In this document: one piece after another, positions 49,983 to 59,815 of the stretch
Layout: every line of letters starts with the position of its first letter
Numbering within the stretch: the stretch's first letter is position 1
From: Candidatus Obscuribacteraceae bacterium
GTDB lineage: Bacteria > Cyanobacteriota > Vampirovibrionia > Obscuribacterales > Obscuribacteraceae
DNA length: 64,000 nt
Direction of reading: 5' to 3'
Assembly (NCBI GenBank): GCA_044226015.1
Contig: JBGAHS010000012.1
Span: 32,001 to 96,000 of the forward strand
Notes under the pieces: generated by a model
What the model saw: only the letters and a program-made list of their open reading frames with translations
Told to the model about the DNA's origin: nothing
Databases searched by the model: none
Position numbers and translations under genes: made by a program

Positions 49983-50136
49983 TACGTTTCGGCTTGTATG
50001 CTAATCCCCTCAATCTAATCTAAACAGAAGACAGCGCAAAAGACAGGGTTTTTGACGCACATTCATAGGCATCCCTATCATTTCTCGGGGAAACCACAGA
50101 TGCTATCGTTACAATTTAGCCTGCAATCATGTCTGG

Positions 50137-50607
50137 CTAAGCGTCTTCAAGTTCATGTATATTCAACTTGACCATTTTGAATAGCGCTTGATTGACTCGC
50201 TCTCTTTGCTGCATCGCCCTCACTCATCAGCTTTTTCAGTTGCTTCGGAATGATTTGCCAGGAGACAGCAAACTTACCTGTAAGCCAACCACATCTTGAC
50301 TCTGCTCCGCCCGCTGAAAGTTTAGTCCAGTAAGAATCAATCTCGTCCTGCGTTTCGCAGAACACCATGAAGCTGATAGCAGGAGATAGCTGAAAAATCG
50401 GACCCCATTTAGAAGAACAAATTTATCGCCATTAAGCGACACTTCCACTGTCATGACAGAACCTGCCGCCCGACCAGACACTTTAGACCCCGATTCTGAG
50501 TATCTGGCGGTGTCAATTATTTTAGAGTTCGGAAAAATCGATGTATAAAAGTTGGCGGCTTCCTCCGCCTTATCGCTAAGCCATATACAGGATGCGATTG
50601 CTTGCAT
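50137..50607 (-). pseudogene. VOC/PhnB-like (3-dmu-9 3-mt family) gene with two frameshifts
   Basis: AEEAANFYTSIFPNS...; frameshift at G4 (50403-50406) breaks NGGP; second shift at the AG repeat (50200-50205) hides RVNQALFKMVKLNIHELEDA*. Confidence 0.85.
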
Positions 50608-50730
50608 TTCCTAATCCTTTTTTGCGGAAGGAAAGGATAGCAAATTTAGTGTTCTGCCCTGTAGTCGAATTCTGACTAAGTTCAGCGTGACATGATAATA
50701 TCTGTTCTCTTATAGGTTGGAGAGAGCCGC

Positions 50731-51534
50731 ATGATAGACAGTTACGGGAGCGGAGTAGTCCTTGTTATTGGCAGCACAATAGCGTCAATTGTCGGGTTAT
50801 TGCTGGCACGCAAGTTTGTACATCTTGACCAATTGAAAGCTACACACGAAGTTGGCGGCTATTTGTTATCAGTTGTTGGAACAATGTATGCGGTCCTTCT
50901 TGGTCTAGTGGTAGTTGATGCAATGGGCAAGTTTCAGCAAGGAATTGCTATAGCTGAAACTGAAGCAAATTCTGTTGCAGACATATTTTTGCTTGCCGAG
51001 CGAATGCCTAAAGATCGTGCTGAGAAGGTACAGCGAATCTGTTACGACTATGTTGATCGAGTCATTAGCGAGGAATGGAAGCTGATGGACAAAGGGTGCA
51101 TATGTCCAAGAGCTCGAAAACTTGCAATATCCATGGTGCGTGCAGTACGCGATTGGGAGCCCGTTTCGGAAAGTGAAAAAGCTATTTATGCTCAGGCTCT
51201 CTCGGAGTCCTGCCAGGTCTGGGACAGCCGACGTGCTAGAACAAATATGTCTCAGCACACAATTCCAACTTTGGAATGGGTAGTCCTGGTTATTGGTGGT
51301 GTCATCACTGTTGTATTTACCTTTTTCTTTGGACTGGAAAATTTGCGTGCTCAAGTCTTGATGACTTCGCTAGTAAGTCTCATTATTTCGCTCAATATGT
51401 TTCTTGTGTTGATGTTTGGCTATCCATTTTCAGGCGAACTGAAAGTTTCATCAGATGCATTCGAGCTGGACAAAAAGATCTTTGACAATCAGCTTGGCTT
51501 TCATCGCAGCGGAGAGCCGGCTGACGCGAGCTGA
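50731..51534 (+). CDS. DUF4239/bestrophin-like membrane protein
   Basis: VGTMYAVLLGLVV, about four TM helices, YPFSG. Confidence 0.75.
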   Translation: MIDSYGSGVVLVIGSTIASIVGLLLARKFVHLDQLKATHEVGGYLLSVVGTMYAVLLGLVVVDAMGKFQQGIAIAETEANSVADIFLLAERMPKDRAEKVQRICYDYVDRVISEEWKLMDKGCICPRARKLAISMVRAVRDWEPVSESEKAIYAQALSESCQVWDSRRARTNMSQHTIPTLEWVVLVIGGVITVVFTFFFGLENLRAQVLMTSLVSLIISLNMFLVLMFGYPFSGELKVSSDAFELDKKIFDNQLGFHRSGEPADAS

Positions 51535-51615
51535 GACCTTCATTTGCACTTCAACTCTTTTCTTTAAATTGACCCAAAAATTTATCCCGAATTGCGCGGG
51601 TGACTTCGTTTAATG

Positions 51616-51624
51616 TGGTACATT
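51616..51624 (+). promoter_or_regulatory. Candidate extended -10 promoter (TGgTACATT)
   Basis: TG-n-TACATT about 150 nt upstream of the kinase start, inside the inverted repeat TTAATGT-GGT-ACATTAA. Confidence 0.35.
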
Positions 51625-51777
51625 AACAATAGTTAAAGTTGTTTTGGTGGAATCGGAGGCTGCTTAGCACATATTGGGTTTGTAGGGTGGGGACCCTACA
51701 GGTGAAGCGTTTTCGGACGCATCTTGGGTTGTTTGAGAGCAAAACTGGTGTCAATTGAAGATTTAACTGGAACGATC

Positions 51778-53289
51778 GTGCGGAAAATCTGCATGGCCTG
51801 TAGCCGCGAATTCGCAGGCTCATCAGGTACGTGTCCGCACGATGGGAATTTACTCGTACCTCTACCTCAAGATCCATATGTCGGTCGCCGAATTTCTGAG
51901 AAGTACCAGGTGCTATCTGTGCTCGGAACCGGTGGCATGGGGGTCGTGTATCTGGCTCGCCACGAAACAATGCAATGCAATGTCGCGATAAAGATGCTTC
52001 GTGCGCAGTTTGCTGGTGACCAAATAAGTGTCAAGCGGTTTACGCAAGAAGCTATCGCTGCACGTCGTCTCACTCACCCTAATGTGATTACAACTTACGA
52101 CCATGGGTTTACTCCGCAGGGACAGCCCTACATTGTGATGGATTGTTTACAGGGTGCTAGCCTTGCAGAAGAAATCAAAAAGCACAAACAAATTAGTGTT
52201 GAACGAGTCTTGCATATCTTTGATCAGGCTTGTGACGCGCTTGATCACGCCCACAAGCAGGGGGTTATTCACCGCGACTTGAAGCCGGGCAACCTGATGT
52301 TGATAAATTACAATGGTGACCCCGACTTTGTAAAAGTCGTAGATTTTGGTGTGGCAAAAGTTTTGCCCATTAATGACGAGAACGCACAGACGCTTACCCA
52401 GACTGGTGAAGTTTGCGGAAGTCCAGTGTACATGAGTCCTGAGCAGTGCCTCGGGCAGGGGCTCGATCGTCGAGCAGACATCTATTCAATGGGAATTGTC
52501 ATCTATGAAGCTTTGATTGGAAAGGTTCCTCTGATGGGTAAGAGCATGGTCGAGACCATGTCGAAGCACATCAACGAATCGCCTCCACCGTTCAAAACTG
52601 TGCGTCCTGATCTTTATATTCCTGAGCGACTTGAACAAGTCGTAATGCGAGCACTCGCTAAGAAACCAGAGAATCGCCAACAGAGCATGGCAATGTTGCG
52701 TCAGGAACTAATGATGGCGCTTCCGAAGCCGGGTCAGAATCAGAACCTGAGAAGTGTAGCAACCAATGTAGGTCTGCCACCCGAAGTAGAAGAAAAGCCG
52801 ATGCCACCTTGGGTGGTGCCTGCTGTTTCTGCTGCAGTTGCATCTATTACATTTACTGCGGGCGTGTTGTTCTTCATGCACCCCCAGGCACCTCAAGCGC
52901 CCCATGCGCCTAACGCCGCAGTGGCACCTGCGGGCACGCAGCCTGCGCAGACCACTTCGAGTGCTTTGCCACCTGTTAGCGTTTCGCCAAATGCGGCGAT
53001 ACAGAGAATGCAGCAAGCCAATGTAACACCAGTGACACCTGTTAAACCTGTGACTACTGCTAAACCTGCTCCAGTGAAAACCGTTCAGGTTGAGCCGTCG
53101 ATAGTAAAACCAGTTCGTACTCCGGTGCTGGCATCAGTGAAGCCAAAGCCTACGCGAACGGCTAAAGCGGCGCGTCCGCCAGCGGCAAAAATCGCAGACT
53201 CATCATTTAAGAAGCCAGTAAAGCGTGAAGATCCATTTGCTACGCTTTTGAAATCTAGAACGTATCCGACAGCCAATTCAAACCCGTAA
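51778..53289 (+). CDS. Hanks-type Ser/Thr kinase with N-terminal Zn-ribbon-like motif, TM helix and Pro-rich tail
   Basis: CMAC...CPHDG, GTGGMG, HRDLKPGN, DFG, GSPVYMSPEQ; GTG 51778 preferred as start. Confidence 0.92.
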   Translation: MRKICMACSREFAGSSGTCPHDGNLLVPLPQDPYVGRRISEKYQVLSVLGTGGMGVVYLARHETMQCNVAIKMLRAQFAGDQISVKRFTQEAIAARRLTHPNVITTYDHGFTPQGQPYIVMDCLQGASLAEEIKKHKQISVERVLHIFDQACDALDHAHKQGVIHRDLKPGNLMLINYNGDPDFVKVVDFGVAKVLPINDENAQTLTQTGEVCGSPVYMSPEQCLGQGLDRRADIYSMGIVIYEALIGKVPLMGKSMVETMSKHINESPPPFKTVRPDLYIPERLEQVVMRALAKKPENRQQSMAMLRQELMMALPKPGQNQNLRSVATNVGLPPEVEEKPMPPWVVPAVSAAVASITFTAGVLFFMHPQAPQAPHAPNAAVAPAGTQPAQTTSSALPPVSVSPNAAIQRMQQANVTPVTPVKPVTTAKPAPVKTVQVEPSIVKPVRTPVLASVKPKPTRTAKAARPPAAKIADSSFKKPVKREDPFATLLKSRTYPTANSNP

Positions 53290-53366
53290 TTCGGATTATT
53301 CTGAGCACTGGGAATCATATCTCGAGCTTGACGGATTTCGGGGGAATCTCGCAGGCTTCTTACACT

Positions 53367-54170
53367 TTATCTGGACATACTCGCTTCGATTTGTCTTGAG
53401 CGTTCGACAAATCGCTTAACCTTCTCTGTTTCCAGACCATTTTGCCAATTGCCGCCTTCTTTTAGAGATGAGCCGATTATGATGGCATCAGACCAGGGCT
53501 GAAACTTCTGTACATTCTGTTCGCTCACGCCAGAGCCTACGATCACGTGGCAATTTACTGCTCTGCGAACTGATTCTACTTCGGCGGGCTCTGGTGCATG
53601 GCCTGTGTGTGCACCTGTCACCACCACGCCGTCTGCTTTGAAAAATTCAGCTGCGACCGCTGTTTCAGTCAAGCTGACATCGCTAGTTATTGCATGTGCG
53701 GAATGTTTTTTCTTTATGTCTGCAAATATTTTTACACGCTCAGCTTTTAGCGACCAGCGTCTGCGTATGAGTTCTGCCGCGCACGATTCCTGATAGCCCT
53801 CGTCACCAACGTGGGCAAACACAAAGCCTTCAACGCGAATGAAGTCTAGCCCTGCTGCGACGGCTGCTGCGAGTGCCTCTACATTGGCTCCGGCCAGCAA
53901 TTGGATACCCAAAGGCATCTGTGTCTCATACTTAATTGCAGAGGCAATTACTGCCATAGCTGCGCTTGTCTCCGGGTCGACATAGCCCTTTCTAAATGGA
54001 ACGTCGTGCATATTCTCGAGAAGGATGGCATCAAATCCGTTCTCTTTGTATGTCATCGCTTCGTCCAATCCTGATGCCATGATTCTGTCAATCGAGCCGT
54101 CAAAGCCTGCTGCTCCTGGAAGTGGTTTCAGATGAACCATACCTATCATTGAACATTTGCGATTGAACAT
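53367..54170 (-). CDS. BtpA/SgcQ family TIM-barrel protein
   Basis: IGMVHLKPLPG, ENMHDVPF, FIRVEGF, ADIKKKHS, VGSGV. Confidence 0.9.
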   Translation of the reverse strand: MFNRKCSMIGMVHLKPLPGAAGFDGSIDRIMASGLDEAMTYKENGFDAILLENMHDVPFRKGYVDPETSAAMAVIASAIKYETQMPLGIQLLAGANVEALAAAVAAGLDFIRVEGFVFAHVGDEGYQESCAAELIRRRWSLKAERVKIFADIKKKHSAHAITSDVSLTETAVAAEFFKADGVVVTGAHTGHAPEPAEVESVRRAVNCHVIVGSGVSEQNVQKFQPWSDAIIIGSSLKEGGNWQNGLETEKVKRFVERSRQIEASMSR

Positions 54171-54210
54171 TTTCTGAGTTCCTTTCCTGTGGTATCGAAT
54201 GTGGTTTCGA

Positions 54211-54270
54211 AACGTGCTGCCAGATTCAAAGCGTGCTGCCAGATTCAAAACGTGTTGCCAGATTCAAAAC
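54211..54270. repeat. 3 x 19-bp tandem repeat overlapping the kynB stop codon
   Basis: A[AG]CGTG[CT]TGCCAGATTCAA at 54211, 54230 and 54249. Confidence 0.85.
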
Positions 54271-54932
54271 TTGAGCAGAACTGCTCTAACCGGAGATGCT
54301 TCCAGTTCCATAAATTTTATTGGGAATGCTATGAGTAGATATTCGCCTTCTTCTGCGTTTGTCAGGTCGAGATTTTCTAGCCATGTCATTTTCGCCTTGT
54401 CTAGCTCGTGATGAGCCTCAAGTGTTTTCGAATTGATGTGGTCGGCAGACGGAGTATCTATGCCGATTAACTTGACTCCGCGTTTTGACAATTCTTGCAC
54501 AAGTTCTGGAGTAAAGAATGAATAATCATCCTCGAAAACTTCGTAGCGAATTTTCTCTTTGGTTTTGAAAAGCATTCGCTCGGGCAGCCTGTCTGTGTTC
54601 ATGTTTAGTGCCTCAAGTCTGGACTTCACCATTGCCCAGCTGATGCCATCGTTCGTCGGTGCAAGATTTAGCACTAACACTGGTCCAATGAAGGGCTCTA
54701 GCGGCAGGGCACCAACCATGTCTTGCCCGCTGGTGAGGTCACCTTTTATGTGCGATGGCGCATCGACATGAGTGCCAACGTGAGGGCTCATAGTCAACGC
54801 CGTGAGGTTAACCACTTGCGATTTTTCGTAAGTCAAAACGATTTCACGTGTGAAATGGGTGTCTCCAGGAAACACTGCACTGTCAGCTTTGACAGGTTGT
54901 GATATGTCGATTAGTTTCTTGTATTGCAACAT
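54264..54932 (-). CDS. kynB: Kynurenine formamidase (cyclase family)
   Basis: HVGTHVDAPSH, IGIDTPSAD, LENLDL, ASPVRAVL. Confidence 0.9.
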   Translation of the reverse strand: MLQYKKLIDISQPVKADSAVFPGDTHFTREIVLTYEKSQVVNLTALTMSPHVGTHVDAPSHIKGDLTSGQDMVGALPLEPFIGPVLVLNLAPTNDGISWAMVKSRLEALNMNTDRLPERMLFKTKEKIRYEVFEDDYSFFTPELVQELSKRGVKLIGIDTPSADHINSKTLEAHHELDKAKMTWLENLDLTNAEEGEYLLIAFPIKFMELEASPVRAVLLKF

Positions 54933-54936
54933 ATGT

Positions 54937-55989
54937 CTAGAGGCTTGCGAGTTCTGGAACTTCGAAGTGATATACAAAATTGAGATGCTTCAATCTGTTC
55001 TCGCGGCGTTTGCCAGGCTGCAAGAGTTTCAATTTGTCCAATAGTTCAAGCGCAATAAGACTGAAATAGCGTGGGTCATCTCCTGAAGATGACTTGATGA
55101 AAATTCCTAGCCCGGTGGGGTAGCGTTTGCAGGGCGAGACTCCGATGGTGATGATGCCGTCTGCGCCTTCTTTTGCAAGCAGCACAGCTTCGTTTATATC
55201 AGTGTATTTGCCCTGCATCAATTCGGTGTCGAAGCGCTCGTCGCCGCCCACATATTGTGGGTATTTGCTCATATAGCGTTTGAGATGATCGAACTCTGCA
55301 ACCTGCGCTTTCACATCGTCATCTGTTGGAGCGGGAAGTCCCAGCGTGTCGTATGGGCTAGCGAGTTGATGGTAGAGTCTGGCTATTTCAAAGGCTTTGA
55401 ATGCATAGTTTGGCAGTCGGCATCCATCTGTTGTTTGCGGAATTTCCTTCCAATTTAGTTGAAGGAAATGAGCCATCATCTTTTTCATTCTGTCGAAATG
55501 AGCTTGGTCTGGCTCAAGATAGTGCGAATAATCTTTGCCGTCAGCTTTCAAAGCCATAACGAAGCCGAGGTGTTTGCCACTACAGCATCCCCAACGCGCT
55601 GTAGGCGCTTTCTTAGCGGCGCGGCACGCCAGCCGAATGTCAGGGTTCACCGGATAGAGGGGAGTGTTTTGCAATACGCTGTCATCGAGATGCGATATCG
55701 CCTCCATTTCATCCAGTGCTTTGAGATGAAAATCCTGAGCACTATGTGAAGAGAGCATGAGTGCATAGTGGCGATCTTCGAGCGCTGGATAATGTTCTCT
55801 CAAAATATGAAGATGGTCGAGTAGCTGGAATGGCTTCAAGCAAGATCTGCTCCAGTATTTTGCATTTTGGTCGCCGACACTGACGAGTGTTCGACCAGCC
55901 CCGTCAACCACCGACATGGTGCCATATATCACCACTTCTGGTATCGAGCTTCTTTCTATTGTCAAAAGTGGTTCGTAGGGTAAGGACAT
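54937..55989 (-). CDS. Asparaginase II family protein (Rhizobium AnsA-type)
   Basis: RSCLKPFQ, SSH, CSGKH, DGC, AKEGADG. Confidence 0.85.
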   Translation of the reverse strand: MSLPYEPLLTIERSSIPEVVIYGTMSVVDGAGRTLVSVGDQNAKYWSRSCLKPFQLLDHLHILREHYPALEDRHYALMLSSHSAQDFHLKALDEMEAISHLDDSVLQNTPLYPVNPDIRLACRAAKKAPTARWGCCSGKHLGFVMALKADGKDYSHYLEPDQAHFDRMKKMMAHFLQLNWKEIPQTTDGCRLPNYAFKAFEIARLYHQLASPYDTLGLPAPTDDDVKAQVAEFDHLKRYMSKYPQYVGGDERFDTELMQGKYTDINEAVLLAKEGADGIITIGVSPCKRYPTGLGIFIKSSSGDDPRYFSLIALELLDKLKLLQPGKRRENRLKHLNFVYHFEVPELASL

Positions 55990-56007
55990 GGTTACTCCGT
56001 TTGAGTG

Positions 56008-57441
56008 TTAATGGCTGCCAACTGTTTGCAATTGAGAAACGTATGGTGCAAGAAGTGGTTTGAGCTTCTCGTCTATCAGTTTCTCTGCTTTTTTCAAATC
56101 AACTTGTTCTGGGTCATGGAGGTCGTCACAAAGTTCGGAGAGAATCTCATCGTCTTTGCTGCCAACATCCATAGCCACTTTATATGGAATGTTGCTGAAG
56201 GTCACCAGCGAATATCGAGAAACATAGCGACCTGGGAATTCGCGCTGAAGAACTTTTTCCACAGCCTTCTGCATCAGGAAATTCTTATCGCTTACCTTGT
56301 CTCTCATTTCGACAAAGTTTTCGACAGCCATATCGGCAATAGCATCTGTGTTTTGCTTACGGGAAAGGAAGAAAGATTCAAATAGATTCTCCCAATCCAT
56401 CTTGTCGCCATTTTTCTTTTGCTGCTCTTCCAGCATTTGATCGAACACTGTGCAATCTTCAAAACCGCAATTCATGCCCTGTCCGAAGAAGGGGACGATA
56501 CCATGGGCGGCATCACCGACCAAGAGTGCTTTGCCGGTCGAGTTCCAGGGGTGAGCTTTTACTGTGACCATATGTCCGGTGGGGTTGCTCTTGAATGTTT
56601 CAACGAGATTGTCTAAAAGCGGCACGGCATCTGGGAAAAACTTATTGAAGAAGTTTTCGATGCTCTTATCGTCATTCAAGTGCTCAAAGCTAATCAACCC
56701 CTGGAATGGCAAAAACAGCGTGACTGTATAACTTCCTTCGAAATTTGGCAAAGCGATCAGCATGAAGTTGCCGCGGGGCCAAATGTGGAGAGCATGCTTT
56801 TCCAATTTGAACGAGCCATCGGCGTTCGGTGTAATCAGAAGTTCCTTATATCCATATTCAAGCGCTTTCTCTTCACAGGCATATCCATTTCCCTGAAGCA
56901 TCTCGTGCCTAATTGCTGAAGCAGAGCCGTCGGTTCCGATGACCCGGCTGTAAGTGTGAGTCTCTACGTCTCTACTCTGTTCATCGAGAATGCTTAGCTC
57001 TCCAGTTTTCAGGTTTAGTCCACATGCTTTCTTGTTGAAATAGATTTTTACGTCACCGGACTTCTCTGCGTGTGTCATCAGAGCTTTGTTAAGTGTTGCT
57101 CTCGAAATACTATTGATGCACTCCTGGTCGTTCATGCCGTAAGGCTGATATGTAAGCTCGCCATCCACTGCATGCATCATTCTTCCGCGCATCGGAACAG
57201 CCTGCGAGAGAATTTCGTCGGCCAGTCCCAGTCGGCGCAGCGCATTTATACCGCGTGTCGAAATCGCCAGGTTAATCGAACGCCCTGCGCTAATTTCCGC
57301 TACTCTCATGTCTGGTCGACGCTCAAAAATATCAACTTTGAAATCGCGACGCGCCAGGTAAATTCCCAGGAGAGACCCTACCAGTCCTGCTCCAACCAGG
57401 GCGATTCTGTCCTTCGTATTTTCGGAAACGGTTTCGGTCAT
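56008..57441 (-). CDS. kmo: Kynurenine 3-monooxygenase
   Basis: GAGLVG, GRSINLAIS, LHIWPRG, GDAAHGIVPFFGQGMNCGFED, NFVEMRD. Confidence 0.95.
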   Translation of the reverse strand: MTETVSENTKDRIALVGAGLVGSLLGIYLARRDFKVDIFERRPDMRVAEISAGRSINLAISTRGINALRRLGLADEILSQAVPMRGRMMHAVDGELTYQPYGMNDQECINSISRATLNKALMTHAEKSGDVKIYFNKKACGLNLKTGELSILDEQSRDVETHTYSRVIGTDGSASAIRHEMLQGNGYACEEKALEYGYKELLITPNADGSFKLEKHALHIWPRGNFMLIALPNFEGSYTVTLFLPFQGLISFEHLNDDKSIENFFNKFFPDAVPLLDNLVETFKSNPTGHMVTVKAHPWNSTGKALLVGDAAHGIVPFFGQGMNCGFEDCTVFDQMLEEQQKKNGDKMDWENLFESFFLSRKQNTDAIADMAVENFVEMRDKVSDKNFLMQKAVEKVLQREFPGRYVSRYSLVTFSNIPYKVAMDVGSKDDEILSELCDDLHDPEQVDLKKAEKLIDEKLKPLLAPYVSQLQTVGSH

Positions 57442-57456
57442 GGCTGCAACCTCTGT

Positions 57457-58758
57457 TTATTTGCAATTGTCGATAATTAAGTGAGCGAATTTATAGACAT
57501 CCAGAAAGCTGTTGTACAGTGGTGCGGGGGCTGCCCTCACAATATCTGGTTCGCGGAAGTCGCAGATTGCTCCTGCTGTTTTGAGTTTCTTCAGCAGTTC
57601 TTTGGCTCTGCTGCCCAGCTTCAATGAAAGCTGGCTGCCGCGCTGTCTAATATCTTTCGGTGTGATGAGTTGGCACTCCTCTTCGCTGAGAGAAGTGGTC
57701 AAAAGAAACTCGAGATAGCCTGTGAGCAAATCACCTTTTTTTCTTATGGCGGCCATGCCAGCTTTGTCAAATAGCTCCATCGATGCGCGCAGAGCTGCCA
57801 GTTGGAAAATTGGAGGGTTGCTTAGTTGCCACCCTTCAGCACCTGTGATTGGTTGAAAGTGCGGACCCATCTTGAAGCGGGTTTCTTTGTCGTGCCCCCA
57901 CCAACCGGCAAAGCGCGGCAGGTCAAATTCGGTGGCGTATCTTTCATGTACGAAACAACCAGCAATTCCGCCTGGTCCTGCGTTCAAATATTTGTAGCTG
58001 CACCAGACGGCAAAGTCGACATCCCAATCATGCAGATGCAACTCAAGGTTGCCTGCACCGTGTGCGAGATTGAAACCAACCTTGCATCCTTTTGCCTGTG
58101 CTGCTTTAGTAATTTCTGGAATTTGGAAGGCTTGCCCAGTCAGATAATTGCATGTACCTAACATTACGAGGGCGATGCTATCACCTTCCTTCTCAATTAG
58201 GGAGAGAATGTCTTCCGTGCGAATGGTGTATTCGCCTTTCCTTGGGAAGAGCTCAATTATGGCGTCTTCAGCCTTATATCCATGGAACTCAGCCTGCGAT
58301 GCGACTGCGTACTGGTCAGATGGAAACGCTGAGCCTTCGACTAGAATTTTGAATCGTTTTTTCTCAGGACGGTAAAAGGTCACCATCATCAGATGCAGAT
58401 TCACTGTCAGAGAGTTCATCACCACGACTTCGTGCGGTCTGGCACCAACAAGCCTGGCAGTACTTGCTGTCAAATTCTCATGATATGGCAACCAGGGATA
58501 TTTCGCTTCGAAGTGTCCTTCGACACCAAGCTGCGACCAGTCAGTAAGTTCCTGCCCAATGAACTCACGCGTTTTAGCTGGCTGCAAGCCCAGAGAGTTG
58601 CCCGCCATGTACAAAATCTTTTCGCCATTCTTATGATAAGGAAAATGGAATTGTTCTCGGAATGATGCCAGCGGGTCTCGTTTGTCCATCAACGATGCAA
58701 AACGTTCGCTGTTGTCGAAGCTAGCTAATGACTCATAACCGACAATCGTGCCCGGCAT
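57457..58758 (-). CDS. kynU: Kynureninase
   Basis: GNSLGLQP, AFPSDQYA, WCSYKYLNAGPG, AGWWG, SNPP. Confidence 0.95.
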   Translation of the reverse strand: MPGTIVGYESLASFDNSERFASLMDKRDPLASFREQFHFPYHKNGEKILYMAGNSLGLQPAKTREFIGQELTDWSQLGVEGHFEAKYPWLPYHENLTASTARLVGARPHEVVVMNSLTVNLHLMMVTFYRPEKKRFKILVEGSAFPSDQYAVASQAEFHGYKAEDAIIELFPRKGEYTIRTEDILSLIEKEGDSIALVMLGTCNYLTGQAFQIPEITKAAQAKGCKVGFNLAHGAGNLELHLHDWDVDFAVWCSYKYLNAGPGGIAGCFVHERYATEFDLPRFAGWWGHDKETRFKMGPHFQPITGAEGWQLSNPPIFQLAALRASMELFDKAGMAAIRKKGDLLTGYLEFLLTTSLSEEECQLITPKDIRQRGSQLSLKLGSRAKELLKKLKTAGAICDFREPDIVRAAPAPLYNSFLDVYKFAHLIIDNCK

Positions 58759-58765
58759 TCTTTCC

Positions 58766-59815
58766 TCACCTTCCTGTTTCCACTTCACACAAAGAACAAT
58801 GCGCAGTAGCCTGCGAACCTAGCCAACTAAGGGCATTTTTGTACAATAGCTTTTCTTTGCAGGCAGTGCTGATAATATCGCTGCTTTCAATTAGTTCGCC
58901 AGGTTGATCTTCTCCAAGCGGAAACGGAAAGTCAGTGCCAAGTGCGATTTTGTCTTCACCGAAAAGTTTGATGATAAGCGAAAGCATATCGTGGTCATGC
59001 ACCAGCGAATCAACCCAGAATTTGCCCAAATATTCTCTTGGACTTTTCTTGTTGTCGACTGCTACCAGGTCTGGTCTAACGTTGTAACCGTGCTCGATGC
59101 GTGAAAATGTGCCGGGGAAAGAACCGCCACCATGGGCGAAGGCAACGCGCAGTTTTGGAAGGCGTTCAAGTACGCCACCGAAAATCATGCTGCATATTGC
59201 TAGAGTTGTTTCAGCAGGCATGCCAACCAGCCAGGGCATCCAGTATTTTTCCATTCGTTCTTGTGCCATCATGTCCCACGGGTGCACAAACACGCATGCA
59301 TCCAGTGCCTCTGCGGCCTCAAAAATAGGAAAGAGTTCTGCTTCGTTCAAGTTCTTCTGGTTCACATGAGTGCCTATTTGCACCCCTGCTAACCCGAGTT
59401 GCTTGACACAGCGCTCAAGCTCTTTTACTGCCAGCTCTGTGTTCTGCATTGGTATGGTGCCTAGCCCGATCAATCGTTTCTCTTGAGAGCGCACCACTTC
59501 TGCAATGTGATCATTGAGAAACTGTGATATCTGAAGACCGTCTTCTGCTTTAGTCCAGTAGTTGAACATCACAGGCACAGTTGAAATTACCTGGACATCT
59601 ACACCTTTTCTATCGAGGTCTGCGATGCGAGCGTCGGTGTCAAAACAATTAGGCTCAACTTCTCGAAAAAACTTTCCGTCATCGCGAAACATTTTGGCGT
59701 TGCCGCCGGGCTGATGTTCGAGTGTTATGAACCCGCCGTAGCCGAATTTTTCTTTGAAATTAGGAATCTGGCTCGGCAATATGTGGGCGTGAATATCAGC
59801 TTTTTTCATCGTCAT
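58766..59815 (-). CDS. nbaD: 2-amino-3-carboxymuconate-6-semialdehyde decarboxylase (ACMSD)
   Basis: DIHAH, STVPVMF, FVHPWDM, WLVGMPAET, AHGGGSF, GTDFPFPLGE. Confidence 0.93.
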   Translation of the reverse strand: MTMKKADIHAHILPSQIPNFKEKFGYGGFITLEHQPGGNAKMFRDDGKFFREVEPNCFDTDARIADLDRKGVDVQVISTVPVMFNYWTKAEDGLQISQFLNDHIAEVVRSQEKRLIGLGTIPMQNTELAVKELERCVKQLGLAGVQIGTHVNQKNLNEAELFPIFEAAEALDACVFVHPWDMMAQERMEKYWMPWLVGMPAETTLAICSMIFGGVLERLPKLRVAFAHGGGSFPGTFSRIEHGYNVRPDLVAVDNKKSPREYLGKFWVDSLVHDHDMLSLIIKLFGEDKIALGTDFPFPLGEDQPGELIESSDIISTACKEKLLYKNALSWLGSQATAHCSLCEVETGR

